In this document: positions 38,361-51,245 of the stretch, in pieces
How positions within the stretch are numbered: position 1 is the first letter of the stretch
Layout: each line of letters begins with the position of its first letter
Assembly (NCBI RefSeq): GCF_028641065.1
Contig: NC_073380.1
Location: 67,952,001-68,016,000 of the forward strand
Reading direction: 5' to 3'
DNA length: 64,000 bases
Origin: Leucoraja erinacea
Lineage: Eukaryota
Program-made: the position numbers and the translations under genes
Notes under the pieces: model-generated
The model's database searches: none
What the model saw: only the letters and a program-made list of their open reading frames with translations
Told to the model about the DNA's origin: nothing

Positions 38361-38999
38361 CCGGGAATTAACCCGGTGAACCTACGCTGCACTCCTCAAT
38401 AGCAAGAATGTCCTTCCTCAAATTTGGAGACCAAAACTGCACACAATACTCCAGGAGCGGAATCACCAGGGCCCTATACAACTGCAGAAGGACCTCTTTG
38501 CTCCGATACTCAACTCCTCTTGTTATGATGGCCATTAACTTTCGACCTGAATGCTTACTTTCAGTGACTGATGTACAAGGACACCCAAGAGCCTGTTCCC
38601 ATGCTGTACTTCTAAAATAAAATAAACTAAACGTGTATTTTTAGTTGTTAAAAAGGAGTTGCAGTTTATCTAAATGAGTTTCTATATCCAAAATGTTGTT
38701 GACTTGAATAGTGAATCCCTTTATAATCATTCATCTTTGGTTGGCTATGTTGAGAAAGTAAAAGAAAAATTTAAAAAACCTGCAAAGTATATAAATAGTC
38801 ATAGAGTAATACAACTTAGAAACAGGCCCTTCGGCCCAACTCGCCCAGCTGACATAATACCCCTTCTACAATAGTCTCACGTGTCCGTATTTGGCACATA
38901 TCCCACTAAATCTAAAATAAACACAGAAAACACAGCAAATGCCTGGTAAGTCATGCGACATCTGTGGTAAGAGAAGCAGAGTTCATGTTTGAAGGCTAA

Positions 39000-39882
39000 T
39001 GCCCCTGTCCCACTTAGGAAACCTGAACAGAAACCTCTGGTGACATTGCGCCCACCCAAGGTTTCCATGAGTCGCCAGAGGTTTTGGTCACTCGCCTGGA
39101 AAGCCTCGATCGAAGCGTGAGCTGCATCTACTGACCAAAGATCCTACANNNNNNNNNNNNNNNNNNNNNNNNNNNNNNNNNNNNNNNNNNNNNNNNNNNN
39201 NNNNNNNNNNNNNNNNNNNNNNNNNNNNNNNNNNNNNNNNNNNNNNNNNNNNNNNNNNNNNNNNNNNNNNNNNNNNNNNNNNNNNNNNNNNNNNNNNNNN
39301 NNNNNNNNNNNNNNNNNNNNNCGGGGACAGTGGAGGAGTGCTGTCTGTGCGATGAAGAGTGAGGTAAACGGCTGCCACAGAGCACGGTAAGTCCTTTAGA
39401 GAGCGCGGGAGGGAGAGAGAGAAGGGGAGAGAAGGACAGAGAAGGGGAGAGAGAAGGGGGGAGAGAAGGAGGGGGGGAGAAGGAGTGGAGACAGTTGTAA
39501 GAAGTTTAATAAAGTTAGCGGGCATTTTACCTTCCGGCGGATCTTCTAGGTCCTGTAAACCAAAGATCCTACAGGATTTTTGCTGAAAACTCCAATGAGC
39601 CTATCAAAATGGCCGGTCAGTGAAGGAGATGGCCTTTGACTGCCTGTAAGTAAATAGTAACCCCACTCCACTGGCTTCAACCAAACGGCAACCTATTTTT
39701 AGTCGAGGCCGGTTTTGAATTTGTTGAATTAATCGCAGGAACATAGAGGCCTCGACTACGCGGAAACCACTTTCAACCATTAGGGAGAGTGACCAAAACC
39801 TCCGGGAACCTCACGGAAACCTTTGGTTGGGGGCAAGGTCATCAGAGGTTTCCGTTCAGGTTTCCTAAGTGGGACAGGGGCT
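39000..39882. mobile_element. PIF/Harbinger MITE with ~95-bp TIRs
   Basis: TAA|TGCCCCTGTCCCACTTAGGAAACCTGAAC ... GTTCAGGTTTCCTAAGTGGGACAGGGGCT|TAA. Sits inside an older palindromic repeat (about 38910-39980). Confidence 0.92.
39149..39321. other. Assembly gap
   Basis: Run of N inside the MITE. Confidence 1.
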
Positions 39883-41703
39883 TAAATATCTTTGCCTTGA
39901 AATATTAACTCAGTTTCTCTTCCCACAGATGTGGTCTGACCTGCTGAGTGTTTCCCTCATTTTTTTTCTTTTTATTTTGGTCTATAAAATAACGTTGGAA
40001 ATATACTAATACTCGTGCAAATCCAGCAGTTTGAGCTGGTAAATTGCCAGTGTATTTTTCATGGCAGACTTACAAGGTTACCTTCTTCACCTCTTTGATG
40101 TGATAAGGAAGTGCTAAATCAAAGCAAATGCCAAGCACTTTCTGACAAACCAAGCAGCAGTTGAAGCAGTCATTGCCAAAGCAGGGCATGCAGACTTTGA
40201 CTGTGAGTCTCTCTATGGATCAGACAGGCATGTAACAGCCGCTTTGTGCCACCTGCTATCTATCACTTAATTAGCATAATCATCTAATTTCCAGTTGGAA
40301 ATAATAGTGTCATGCACTTTTCTGTAATTGCTACTGTCATAATATATGCTGAATTATGTGACACTTGTGTTATATGATTAGACATTTCAGGGGGTGGCTA
40401 AGGCATCAAATTCACACATCAGTACCTTTGATCTTGGCCGTGATACTAACCAATAAAAATAAACTTCAGAAGCCTTTTGCAATTTAAAAGTTAGACTGTT
40501 ATAGAATGTTTTAAGGTAGAAAAAAAAGATATTAATCACAAATTCTTCTGAGACATAGTGAAGTTTATGCTTTGTGTTTGCACTTACATGAAATGTCTTA
40601 ATTGCACAGCACTTAAACTAACTGCGATATATCCCACACTCATTAGCTCATCAAGGATTTGCCTTGCATTAATGTGACGGTCATAATCATCAGATATAAT
40701 GAGGACTTTAAATATTTACAATATTAAGTAGGTGTGCTGATGGGTGAGGTAGAAGCAGGCAGATTATGTATGAAAGAAAACTTGATGCTTTACATAATTA
40801 GCTTCCTTGCATTTTACTCTCAGGGATTATATCGCTTGGTGCCTATAGGTAATGAATGGGTCAGCCTGAGGTAGTTTAACTCCAGTTGAACAGACAGCAC
40901 TGAACCAAAGCTTATAAAAAAAACAGCAAGCAGGCGAGTGAGTGGTCTCAGCTCGTGTTCACGTCGAGACTGGTGTAATTGCATTATAATGGGCAGCCAT
41001 GCTACAAGCACTATTGATAAGGAGACTATGATTTCCAGATTCGTACAGATGTACTGTATTTCCTGAGTCACAGTATCCTCGATGTCTGTTGTTTGCTGCG
41101 GTTTTTAATTGAAAATGTGTGTTGTGGTCCAGGCAAGATGATTTTTGCATAAAAATGTAAATGACAATTTCACAATTGGTTGTTTGAAATTATGCAAATA
41201 TTTGATATACCATTAATTCTCCAAATAATGCTACATTTTAAAATGGTATTCAGCCATTCAAGGACTAGGTAATTTTCTATAGCTAAATTAGACCAATTAA
41301 AATGTTCTTGCTGAAAAGTCTATGGTAATTGCAAACATGTACAGTCTTAGAGAAGCCTCCCTCTTTGATGCTGGCTTTCTTCCTGAGCAGAAAGAGCAAC
41401 AATGTATATTGGTGTTTTGTCTTGATATTGAAAATAAACATTTATACTAGCTTCCTGTCCCACTGTGAAATGAGACATTTGGTTCAAAACTGTGGTGAAT
41501 GAAAATAATACAAACTGTGCAGTCACTGCCTACACAGTTATCATCTGCGTGCAGTAGAAAGTTGCTTCCTTCTACGTTATAGTTTTCAATGTAGGTTGAG
41601 CATTAAAGTGAAGTAGGCTGAGGCAGACTCTAATTGGCATTCCTGACACTGCTCACATTTAACTGCACCACTGGTAAAATTACTTTAAAATAATTTTGCA
41701 ATT

Positions 41704-44376
41704 AACCATATAACCATATAACAATTACAGCACGGAAACGGGCCATCTCGACCCTTCTAGTCCGTGCCGAACACGTATTCTCCCCTAGTCCCATATACCT
41801 GCGCTCAGACCACAACCCTCCATTCCTTTCCCGTCCATATAACTATCCAATTTATTTTTAAATGATAAAAACAAACCTGCCTCCACCACCTTCACTGGAA
41901 GCTCATTCCACACAGCCACCACTCTCTGAGTAAAGAAGTTCCCCCTCATGTTACCCCTAAACCTCTGTCCCTTAATTCTCAAGTCATGTCCCCTTGTTTG
42001 AATCTTCGATACTCTCAGTGGGAAAAGCTTATCCACGTCAACTCTGTCTATCCCTCTCATCATTTTAAAGACCTCTATCAAGTCCCCCCTTAACCTTCTG
42101 CGCTCCAAAGAATAAAGCCCTAACTTGTTCAACCTTTCTCTGTAACTTAGTTGCTGAAACCCAGGCAACATTCTAGTAAATCGCCTCTGTACTCTCTCTA
42201 TTTTGTTGATGTCCTCCCTATAATTAGGCGACCAAAATTGTACACCATACTCCAGAATTGGCCTCACCAATGCCTTGTACAATTTTAACATTACATCCCA
42301 ACTTCTATACTCAATGCTCTGATTTATAAAGGCCAGCACACCAAAAGCTTTCTTTATCACCCTATCTACATGAGCTTCCACTTTCAGGGAACTGTGCACA
42401 GTTATTCCCAGATCCCTCTGTTCACCTGCATTCTTCAATTCCCTACCATTTACCATGTACGTCCTATTTTGATTTGTCCTGCCAAGATGTAGCACCTCAC
42501 ACTTATCAGCATTAAACTCCATCTGCCATCTTTCAGCCCACTCTTCCAACTGGCATAAATCTCTCTGTAGACTTTGAAAATCTATTTCATTATCCACAAC
42601 CCCACCTGTCTTAGTATCATCTGCATACTTACTACTCCAATTTACCACACCATCATCCAGATCATTGATTTACATGACAAACAACAGTGGACCCAACACA
42701 GATCCCTGTGGCACCCCACTAGTCACTGGCCTCCAACCTGACAAACAACCATCCACCATTACTCTCTGGCATCTCCCATTCAGCCACTGTTGAATCCATC
42801 TTGCTACTCCACCATTAATACCCAACAATTGAACCTTCTTAACCAACCTTCCATGAGGAACCTTGTCAAAGGCCTTACTGAAGTCCATATATACAACATC
42901 CACTGCTTTACCCTCATCAATTTCCCGAGTAACCTCTTCTAAAAACTCAAGATTAGTCAAACACGACCTTCCAGGCACAAATCCATGTTGACTGTTCCTA
43001 ATCAGACCCTGTTCTTCCCCATCTCTTTTGGCTCTGCAGATAGCTGTCCACTCTGACTCTCTAATGGACCAATTTTATCCCTCGTTATCCTTTTGCTATT
43101 AATATAGCTGTAGAAACCCTTTGGATTCACTTTCACCTTACTCGCCAAAGCAACCTCATATCTTCTTTTAGCTTTTCTAATTTCTTTCTTAAGATTCTTT
43201 TTACATTCTTTATACTCCTCAAGCACCTCAATTACTCCATGCTGCCTATAATTATTGTAGATCTCTCACTTTTTCCGAACCAAGTGTCCAATTTCCATTG
43301 AAAACCATGGCTCTTTCCAATTTTTACTATTTCCTTTCAACCGAACAGGGACATAAAGATTCTGTACTCTTAAAATTTCACCTTTAAATGTCTTCCATTT
43401 CTCTTCCACATCTTTCCCATATAACAAACTGTCCAATTTACTTCTTAAATCTCTCCCTGCACGGGAGACCCGACCTTTTCTCGTCGGGTTTCCGTTATCG
43501 TTGGGGCTGCAATGAGGAGCGGCCTTCAACAGGAAGAGACCGGGGACTTTGGTGCCGACGACTCACCGTCGCCGTCGCGGGACTGGCCGAGTCCGGAGGG
43601 GGTGGAGCGGTGGAGGAGCGCTGCTGTTGCTGCTGCTGCGGCCCGACCGGAGAGTCGGAAGCTTCAACGGCAGGTCTGTGGACGGCGGCACCGGGAGCCC
43701 GCGGGTCCCTGGAGGGAGACCGCTTTTCAGGGCTCTCGCAACGGCGACTTCCCCGGCCCGAGTTGCGGGGTTGAAGAGCTCCTGAAGCGGGGCCTACATC
43801 ACTGCCCCGCGCGGCTTGGAATGGCCGCAGGACTCTGCGAGCGCACGCCGGGGGCTCTAACAGCAAGACCCGGTGTGCGACCTCGCCCCACCCGGCGTGG
43901 CTTTAATGGCCGCGGGACAATCGCCATCGCCAGCCGGGGGCTTTGACTTTGACTCTGACATCGGGGGGGGGGGGGAGAGTGCAGTGGAGAGATAAGTTTA
44001 TTTGGCCTTCCATCACAGCAATGTGATGGACGTTTATGTTAATTATGTTGTGTCTTGGGTCTATTTGTTTGTAATGTATGGCTGCAGAAACGGCATTTCG
44101 TTTGGACCTCAAGGGGTCCAAATGACAATTAAATGTATCTTGTATCTTGTATCTTGTATATCTTGTGATCACTGGTCCCGAACTGTTCCCCAACGCATAC
44201 CTCTGCCACCTGACCCGTCTCATTTCGTAACAGGAGGTCCAGCACCGCCCCTTCTCTAGTAGGTACTTCTATGTATTGCTGCAAAAAACTATCCTGCACA
44301 CATTTTACAAACTCCAACCCATCCAGCCCATTAACAGAATGTGTTTCCCAGTCTATGTGTGGAAAATTGAAATATC
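41704..44376 (-). mobile_element. CR1 LINE, same young subfamily as 25862-29346, with internal deletions and a nested insertion
   Basis: ORF 41785-42648 has an intact YADD and RT C-terminus. High similarity to the plus-strand copy and the same tail. Confidence 0.95.
43453..44166 (+). mobile_element. GC-rich non-autonomous retroposon with a Rex1-like 3' end
   Basis: Terminal stem-loop tttggacc-tcaagg-ggtccaaa, then tgacaattaaa and a (GTATCTT)n tail. Nested in CR1. Confidence 0.75.
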
Positions 44377-44847
44377 CTATAGCTTAATTGTAACAAGCTA
44401 TTCTGAAAACCAGTGAGGAATATCTTCAATTAATTATTCCAGAGAAGGTTGTGAGATATTTAACAAAACCTAACTGACTATTTTAATATAGGACCTTGAT
44501 GCAACAATTAATTAAAATTGTTGTTAATCTCTTCAAGAAAAGGAAAAGTGGAACAAACAAGTTATTTTGTGCAAAGAAATTCTGTTCCATGTTTTCACTT
44601 GTTTGCGCAGTCTTTGTTTCCCTTCTCGGTCTCACTGTCACGCCAAGCAAAATCCAGAGCACCAATGTCACAGCAAAATACATTCGTGATCAAACGTCAA
44701 ACTGAACCAAAAAGATGATTTTTATCAAATTTATTACAGGCATTCTGGCATGGTTGCACTTGCTGCTCATTCTTGTTGCTTTGGTGAATTCAATTATTAC
44801 ATTGATGGGATGACATTAACATCTCAAGATTTAAACACAGAACCACG

Positions 44848-45277
44848 AATGTGTGTGTTAACATATGATGAGCGTTTATCGGCACTGAGCCTGTACTCGC
44901 TGGAATTTAGAAGAATTAGGGGGGAACCTCATTGAAACATACAGTATAGTGAAAGGCTTGGATAGATTGGATGTGGAGAGGATGTTTTCAATTGTGGGAT
45001 AGTCTAGGACTAGAGGTCGTTGCCTCAGAAATAAAGAACGTTCATTTAGGAAGGAGATGAGGAGAAATTTATTTAGTGAATCTAAGGAATTCTTTGCCAC
45101 AGAAGACTGTAGAGGCCAAGTCAGTGGATATTTTTTAAGGCAGAGATAGATAGATTCTTGATTTATATAGATGTAAGAGGTTATGAGGGGAAGGCAGAAG
45201 AATGGGGTTAGGAGGGAAAGATAGATCACCCATGGGCCGAATGGCCTAATTCTACTCCTATCACATGACCTTATGAC
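44848..45277 (+). mobile_element. CR1 3' fragment
   Basis: LTYDERLSALSLYSLEFRRIRG. Confidence 0.88.
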
Positions 45278-45876
45278 CCAATGAAACCATTGCCATGGCA
45301 TGAATTGTACAAGAATCGCCAGGGTTACGCCATTCCCATTGGCACTAAAGCCAGACTAATGGAGACCTACTGTTAGCCTGGGATATGTTGACTAACTGTT
45401 GAAAAATATCTTATTGCTTCATATGGCTGCTGCAGTGATGTAAAAGACTTTTAAAATACTTTAAAATAATTCTACAATTGCAGTTTAAGCCATTCTGAAT
45501 CCCAATGAGGATACTGATAATGGAAACTGGATAATAGGAATGATTAATTGAAATTTTTATTCATTCATTCACAGAATGTGAATGTACTGGCAAGGCCCAT
45601 CCTTAAATGCCCTAATATTTAAGGCATTTAAGTTAGGAGTCAACCACATTGGTAGATCCATAAGCCAGACTGCAAAAAGCTGGCTGATTTCCATCCAAAG
45701 GACAATTGAAATCAGATGAATGTTGATGACAATCCAATCGTTTTATGGTTCTTGTTACTTGGACTACATTGTTTTAAGTCGAGATTTTATTACGTGAACT
45801 GAAAGTCTACACATAACTTGACTTTGTGAATATGGAGCAGTAGTCCAGAAATTGAACCACAAAGCTGCTGTAACCC

Positions 45877-46275
45877 AAGGAGGCTGAGGGGTGATCTTAT
45901 AATGGTGTATAAAGTCACTATGGAAATAAATAGGGTGAATTCACAGTGCCTTTTTTTCCTCTCAGGGTGGAGGAGTCAAGAACTAGAGGGCATAGGTTTA
46001 AGGTGAGAGGAGAAAAATTAAATGTACCAGAGGGACAACTGGTTTCATTCAGAATACTTGAGTACAGTTGATGAGTGTATGGAACAAGCTGCCAGAGGAA
46101 GTAGTTACAGCATGTACAATAACAAAAATTGAAAGACATTTGGACAGGTACATGGATAGGAAAGGTTCAGAGGGAAATGGGCCAGATGTGGATAAATGGA
46201 ACTTGCATAGATGGGAGTTTGGTCGGCATGGACTAGTTGGGCCGAAGAGCCTGTTTCTGCACTGTATGACTACAT
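45877..46275 (+). mobile_element. CR1 3' fragment
   Basis: VWNKLPEEVV..RHLDRYMDRKG and a ctgtatgact tail. Confidence 0.85.
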
Positions 46276-46358
46276 AACCTTTTATCAGGTTTGTGGTGTT
46301 AATTAAGTTTTCCTTGTTGGGGATAGTCAATGCCTGAATTAATGACTTGGTACTGACT

Positions 46359-46432
46359 AGTCTGAAGAAGAGTCTCAACACAAAACATCACACAATCCTT
46401 CTATCCAGAGATGCTGCTAGTCCCGCTGAGTT
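46359..46432 (+). mobile_element. Penelope terminal-repeat fragment (degenerate core)
   Basis: agtCTGAAGAagagtctc..ccagagatgctgc. Confidence 0.7.
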
Positions 46433-46460
46433 GTTGTATCTATTCTCACTCTATTTTAAG

Positions 46461-46710
46461 GCATGTTAGGTGAGGGATAGACATAAGCCAAGACACGAAG
46501 GATAGCTCCCCTACTCCAGAATAATACCACATGGAACTTTTACATCTCAGAAGCCATAAAAGGCCTCAGTTTAAAGCTTCTTCTGGAAGGCAGCACCAAA
46601 GTGCATTATTGCAGTGGCAAATAAAGCTTGTACACTCGCATCTCTGCAGAGGGACTCCCATAACTTTTTGACTCAGAAGCAAACACACTACCAACTGAGC
46701 CACAGCTGAG
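46461..46710 (-). mobile_element. DeuSINE (SacSINE1-like), degraded
   Basis: Minus strand has a tRNA-like head gtggctcagttggtag..tctgagtca, then taaactgaggcc, gatgtaaaag and ccctcacctaacat, recalled as Deu-domain features. Confidence 0.65.
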
Positions 46711-48949
46711 ACTGCCCACAGGAAAGAAAAGACCTGTGATGAACTGGCTGAAAAAGGTTGTAATTAAAGAGGCCACACTGTGTAACTCCTGCAGAGATGT
46801 TGTGAGACAACAATACAAGGTCTCCCTCACTACAATCATCAGGTGTGACTCGACATTGGACACTTTCCTATTTATACCAATTGACCTCAATTGTCCTTGT
46901 GCACCCTTGGGGGTTTGACCAAATAGGATGTTGATGTGAAGCATACCTCCTCATACCTCTCCTCCAATAACATGCTCTTGATTGTGACCAGAACCAAGTA
47001 TGTTGGCTGCTTTAAATTTGTTCATTTGCAAATATTAATGCTTATTTACTCCCTCTTTAATTGAGGTGCTAAGCTTTTAAAATAAGCCAGTTAGAAGGAG
47101 ACTATACCTGACCATCCCTTTTTTGTAATAGATTTTCTCATCCTCCATCCAAGTTTCCTAGGTTTGAAACTGAAAATATTACAATACAAACTTTGGTTTG
47201 CGTGTACAGAGAAAATTAAGAATTTTAAACTATTCATTAAAACGTTTTCTCATAAATCTGTTTAGTTCAAAAATATTTACCCTTCCTTTCTATTTTAATT
47301 ACAATTAAATTCATGCATCCAATTTATGATGTTTTGTTTCTTTTTTTAGTTTAGTTACTGTTCAAATATTGCCAAATAAAAATAATAGCTACATTTATAG
47401 GGTGCACATATTGCATGACTTTACAATATGCTGCTCTTGTTATTAAACTGTACTCGATCTAAATGCTTTTGTTACTGGTGCAACATGAAGTGTGTTACAA
47501 AGTGCTGTGAAATTGACAGGCTAAAGGGCATACTTCTTCAGTTCCTTTAAATTAACCACACAGCTCTGTTCAGCAGCAAGTCTTAATTAGAAACTGGCAT
47601 TGGTTCTAATTATTTGCAAATTAACAAGGCGGCATGTAAATAGTGATAATAACTTTAATTGCACTTTAGCGGTATTGTAGTTAATAAGGTCTAAGCAGCA
47701 TTCCCTTTGTTGAGACAGTGAGTTTCATGTTAAGATGTAACACCAACTGTGAGGCAACAGCATCAAGGGTTATATTAAATGATACACCCTGAGACATCTT
47801 ACAGAAGCTACTCAAAGACAAAAGATATAGTTTAGATCTAGAGGAATCAATATGCCTGATAAAAGGTTTCATCCATTGCATGTAGTGAAACAAAAGGTTT
47901 CAGCCGTCTAATTAGACAAAATAAAGGATCATGTGTAGTGCAAGCTAGCGTCATTGAAGTGTTCATTATTTTAGAAGAACTATACAAAGATGCATTTTTA
48001 AAATTCCTGCAGCTTCAATAGTCCTACCTGTTGTTATTTTCCAAGCTCCTTGCATTTCACGTGGAATCGTGATAGCCTGCTGATTTAACAAACTCTTCCT
48101 CGGGTCTTCAAGTGCTATAAGGCGTCGTAAGGCTGTGGTACATATTTGGAAGGCTGATGACGCTAACGAATCACTGCACAAATTACCAAATCGATGTGAA
48201 AGCAGCCGCTGCTGTTTAAGTATCAATAAATGTACCTTTTTGCTGGAATGGATAAGTGTTGCATTTGAAAGTAATATGGATCTCTTAATTGAAAATTAAT
48301 TTTAAATCAATGAAGAGAGTCATTTAAATATTGATTGTCCCTATCAATGTGAATTGTTAATGGTTGGGTTTTGTAACAACTTTGTTTAAGATGCAATCAA
48401 TAGCATATCATCAGTACATTCCATAAAAGAAAATTGACAGATGTTCTTAAAATGCCTTCTGGGTATAATAATCTCATCTGCTTTCATGTATGGCCTGGAA
48501 TGTCCATGATCCTTTAGCTTTCCGAATGAAATCTTTACATTTCAAAGATTTAAATCGGCCTCGTGTTTACTTGTGCAAAGTAAAAGAGCTATTGTGTTGA
48601 TGAAAATAGCATTGCAAAATATGAAGAATTTAGTGGATGTTTCAGGGAGAGTTGAAACCATTCATTAATATAGTGTGATATTTTTAAGTGGGATTTTCTT
48701 GTACCCTGCCACTGTTTTCTTTGCATCCTACTCATCTAAATGATGTCATTAGCAGGGTGATGGAGATAATTTGTCTCCAGCACAATTTTCCACCTGACGT
48801 GTGGCTCATGGAACCATGATGGTGTTCAGTCACAAAAGAACCAGTTTCTAACTCGGAAGGCTTCAAAAATATATTTTTTTAAAGCCCAGACATATCTCCC
48901 CTCTTCAATAATTTTTTTCCCCTGTGAGGGTGGTATATATCCATACATC

Positions 48950-49825
48950 GCAACTAAACCATTGCATTACGAATCACCCATGCCGAAGGAAAAAACTGTG
49001 AGGAGGCACTGTTAGCATGCGTAGCTGTATATCGGGCGATCACTCATTCAACAATAGGAAAAAGTCCAGCAGAAGTTTTGTTTGGAAGGAAAATTCGCAC
49101 TAAAATACCAGAAGTGCGAGAGATCACGGAAGACCAGGAGCTGAGAGACTGTGATGCCGAAAAGAAAGGTGCGGCAAAATGGTATGCCGACTTGAAACGA
49201 GTAGCCAGGCACTCTGAAATAATTCCTGGGGATGTGTGCTAATGAGGCGAGATTATGGCGATAAGATAGACGCCCCTTACCATCGCCAGCCATACAATGT
49301 TGTATTGAGGAGCGGCAGCATGGTGACTGTCAAGTCTCCAGAAGGTGTTATCTACAAGAGAAATGTATCGAGTGTCAAAAAGTACATATCCAGGGACACT
49401 CAAAACGAGGTAGCCCAAAATCCACCAAAAGCTACTGATTCAGAGGGGCCAGCAAGGAGTTTATTAAGGTTACAAGAGTGTAAAAAGTTGCATTTGTTTT
49501 GTGGTTGTAATGCATCTGTTTCATGAGTTATTGGAACACAAATGAAAACACAAATATGTTTTGTAAGAATTTAATTGGAAAGGATATTGGAAAGAACACA
49601 TATTAATTTTAAGTTTAATTCTGGTAAAGGAGGGATGTCATGATGATGATATGCAAATACATGACCTTTGTATCAGCTGACCTGGAGGTCAGATCGCATG
49701 TGCACTGTAAGCCTAGGCAGGAGGCCATGGCTGAGTGAGATAATAAACACGGAGATCAATGGATGTAACCTATAAATATTGTGTCAGTATCATTAGTATT
49801 CCACATCTGAGGCCAGGATGTGACA
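48950..49825 (+). mobile_element. Gypsy LTR-retrotransposon 3' remnant (integrase C-terminus, PPT, 3' LTR)
   Basis: YRAITHSTIGKSPAEVLFGRKIRTKIP and PYNVV..YKRNVSSVKKY. Purine tract aaaggaggga immediately before the LTR. Confidence 0.88.
49636..49825 (+). repeat. 190-bp LTR
   Basis: TGTCA...TGACA termini; AATAAA at 49742. Confidence 0.8.
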
Positions 49826-50846
49826 GTATTCACCTTCCGAGACACTTCCAGCCAGAAGTACCTTTGCAAAAGGAAAATGGCTGATGCATGCGCTACTCTT
49901 CAGCAGCCAGTTTTTTTAATCATTCAGTTCCCTCCCCACAGGACTCGACTAGCTCTTCACGTCATTGGAGCAAACACTTATTTCTTATCAACATTCTCCA
50001 AGTGGCTGGAAGTGGGTGGTTTGTACTGTTGCTTAACCCTTTAAGAGCTGTTTCCTGCTTTTTTGATACTTAAAAATAACATGAGAAATGTAACTTTCAA
50101 TGCCTGCAGCTCTTGAAACAAATTAGCTTCACACGAGGGAGCCTGATAGCACTGTTCTTAAATTGACATTAATGGATGACATGATACTTTTTGAAAGGGC
50201 TTTTTGAAGCTGTGGGGAGGTTGATTTGCTATTTTAATGCCCCCTGAAAATGGTGCAAATGTCATTTTAGGACAATTAGTTGAATTTGAAGGTAAAGCAT
50301 ACAAAGATTCTTGTAGTCGTACGTACAATGGTAGTACAAGTGGTTGCTTTTAACTATTTGCACAATTGAATAACTCATGAAACAGTGGCAGAAATATTGG
50401 TTTACATTCAGTTTAATTTGTGTGGTATGTTCATTATTATTGGAGTTACAATTATGTTCAATAACCACATAAACTAACATAATGAGAGTTGAGTAGATGT
50501 TGTTCTTCGTTCAATGAACTAATAGCATTGACACCTGGTTTCATTCAGACAAGCCTTAGCTGTGGAGAAAGAACAATGTTATTGTATAAAGCATTAGGCA
50601 AAAAAAAGTGCCGTTTACCTAAGCTGTATACCAGACCTTAGCCACATTGCATATTTTGTTCTGTTTGGTTTTCTCTAGCTTTTAACAAAATAGGCATTTT
50701 CTACATGTGATGGAATTGAATTCCAATAATAGCTTTTATTAGTTTCTCCTGTGCTATTTTCCATTCAGAAGTTAATGCCATTGCTTCCATTTAATTTGGA
50801 TTTGAAGAACCAGCTAATCTAGCTAAAAGAGTACAAATCCTATTGA

Positions 50847-50975
50847 AGTCTGAAGAAGAGTCTCGACCCGAAACGTCGTCTATTCCTTCGCTCCATTGAT
50901 GCACCTCACCTGCTGAGTTTCTCTAGCTTTTTTGTCTACCTTTGATTTTCCCAGCATCTGCAGTTCTTTCTTAAA
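50847..50975 (+). mobile_element. Penelope terminal repeat with hammerhead-like core
   Basis: agtCTGAAGAagagtctcgacccGAAACGTC. Confidence 0.8.
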
Positions 50976-51067
50976 CAAATCATATTGTGAGATACTTTGT
51001 CTTGTTTAACAGAATGAGGGAAGTAAAGCCACATATTGCTTTCATGTAGTCTATGTATTCAAGATAT

Positions 51068-51245
51068 GATGTATTCAAGAGAGAGTTAGATATATTCCTT
51101 AGGGCTAACGGAATCAAGGGATATGGGGAGAAAGCAGGAACGGGGCACTGATTGTGGATGATCAGCCATGATCATATTGAATGGCGGTGCTGGCTCCAAG
51201 GGCTGAATGGCCTACTCCTGCACCTATTTTCTATGTTTCTAGGTT
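51068..51245 (+). mobile_element. CR1 3' end
   Basis: ggctgaatggcctactcctgcacctattttctatgtttct tail. Confidence 0.85.

Larger units (their letters stand above)
37348..38590 (-). mobile_element. CR1 3' fragment split by two later insertions
   Basis: Segments 37348-37515, 37689-37878 and 38361-38590 are collinear with the copies at 57520-57793 and 58420-58585. Confidence 0.88.

Noticed and set aside
40060-40270. Protein-like frame KANAKHFLTNQAAVEAVIAKAG..
   Set aside because: Bounded by in-frame stops without a usable acceptor; more likely non-coding.
41785-42648. 287-aa RT ORF as an active or domesticated gene
   Set aside because: It is the 3' part of a CR1 copy whose upstream ORF2 is frameshifted, deleted and interrupted.
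43388-43946. Several ORFs including poly-Q, poly-A and poly-C tracts
   Set aside because: They come from a short (CTG)n run in a GC-rich repeat; all frames are open, so there is no coding signal.
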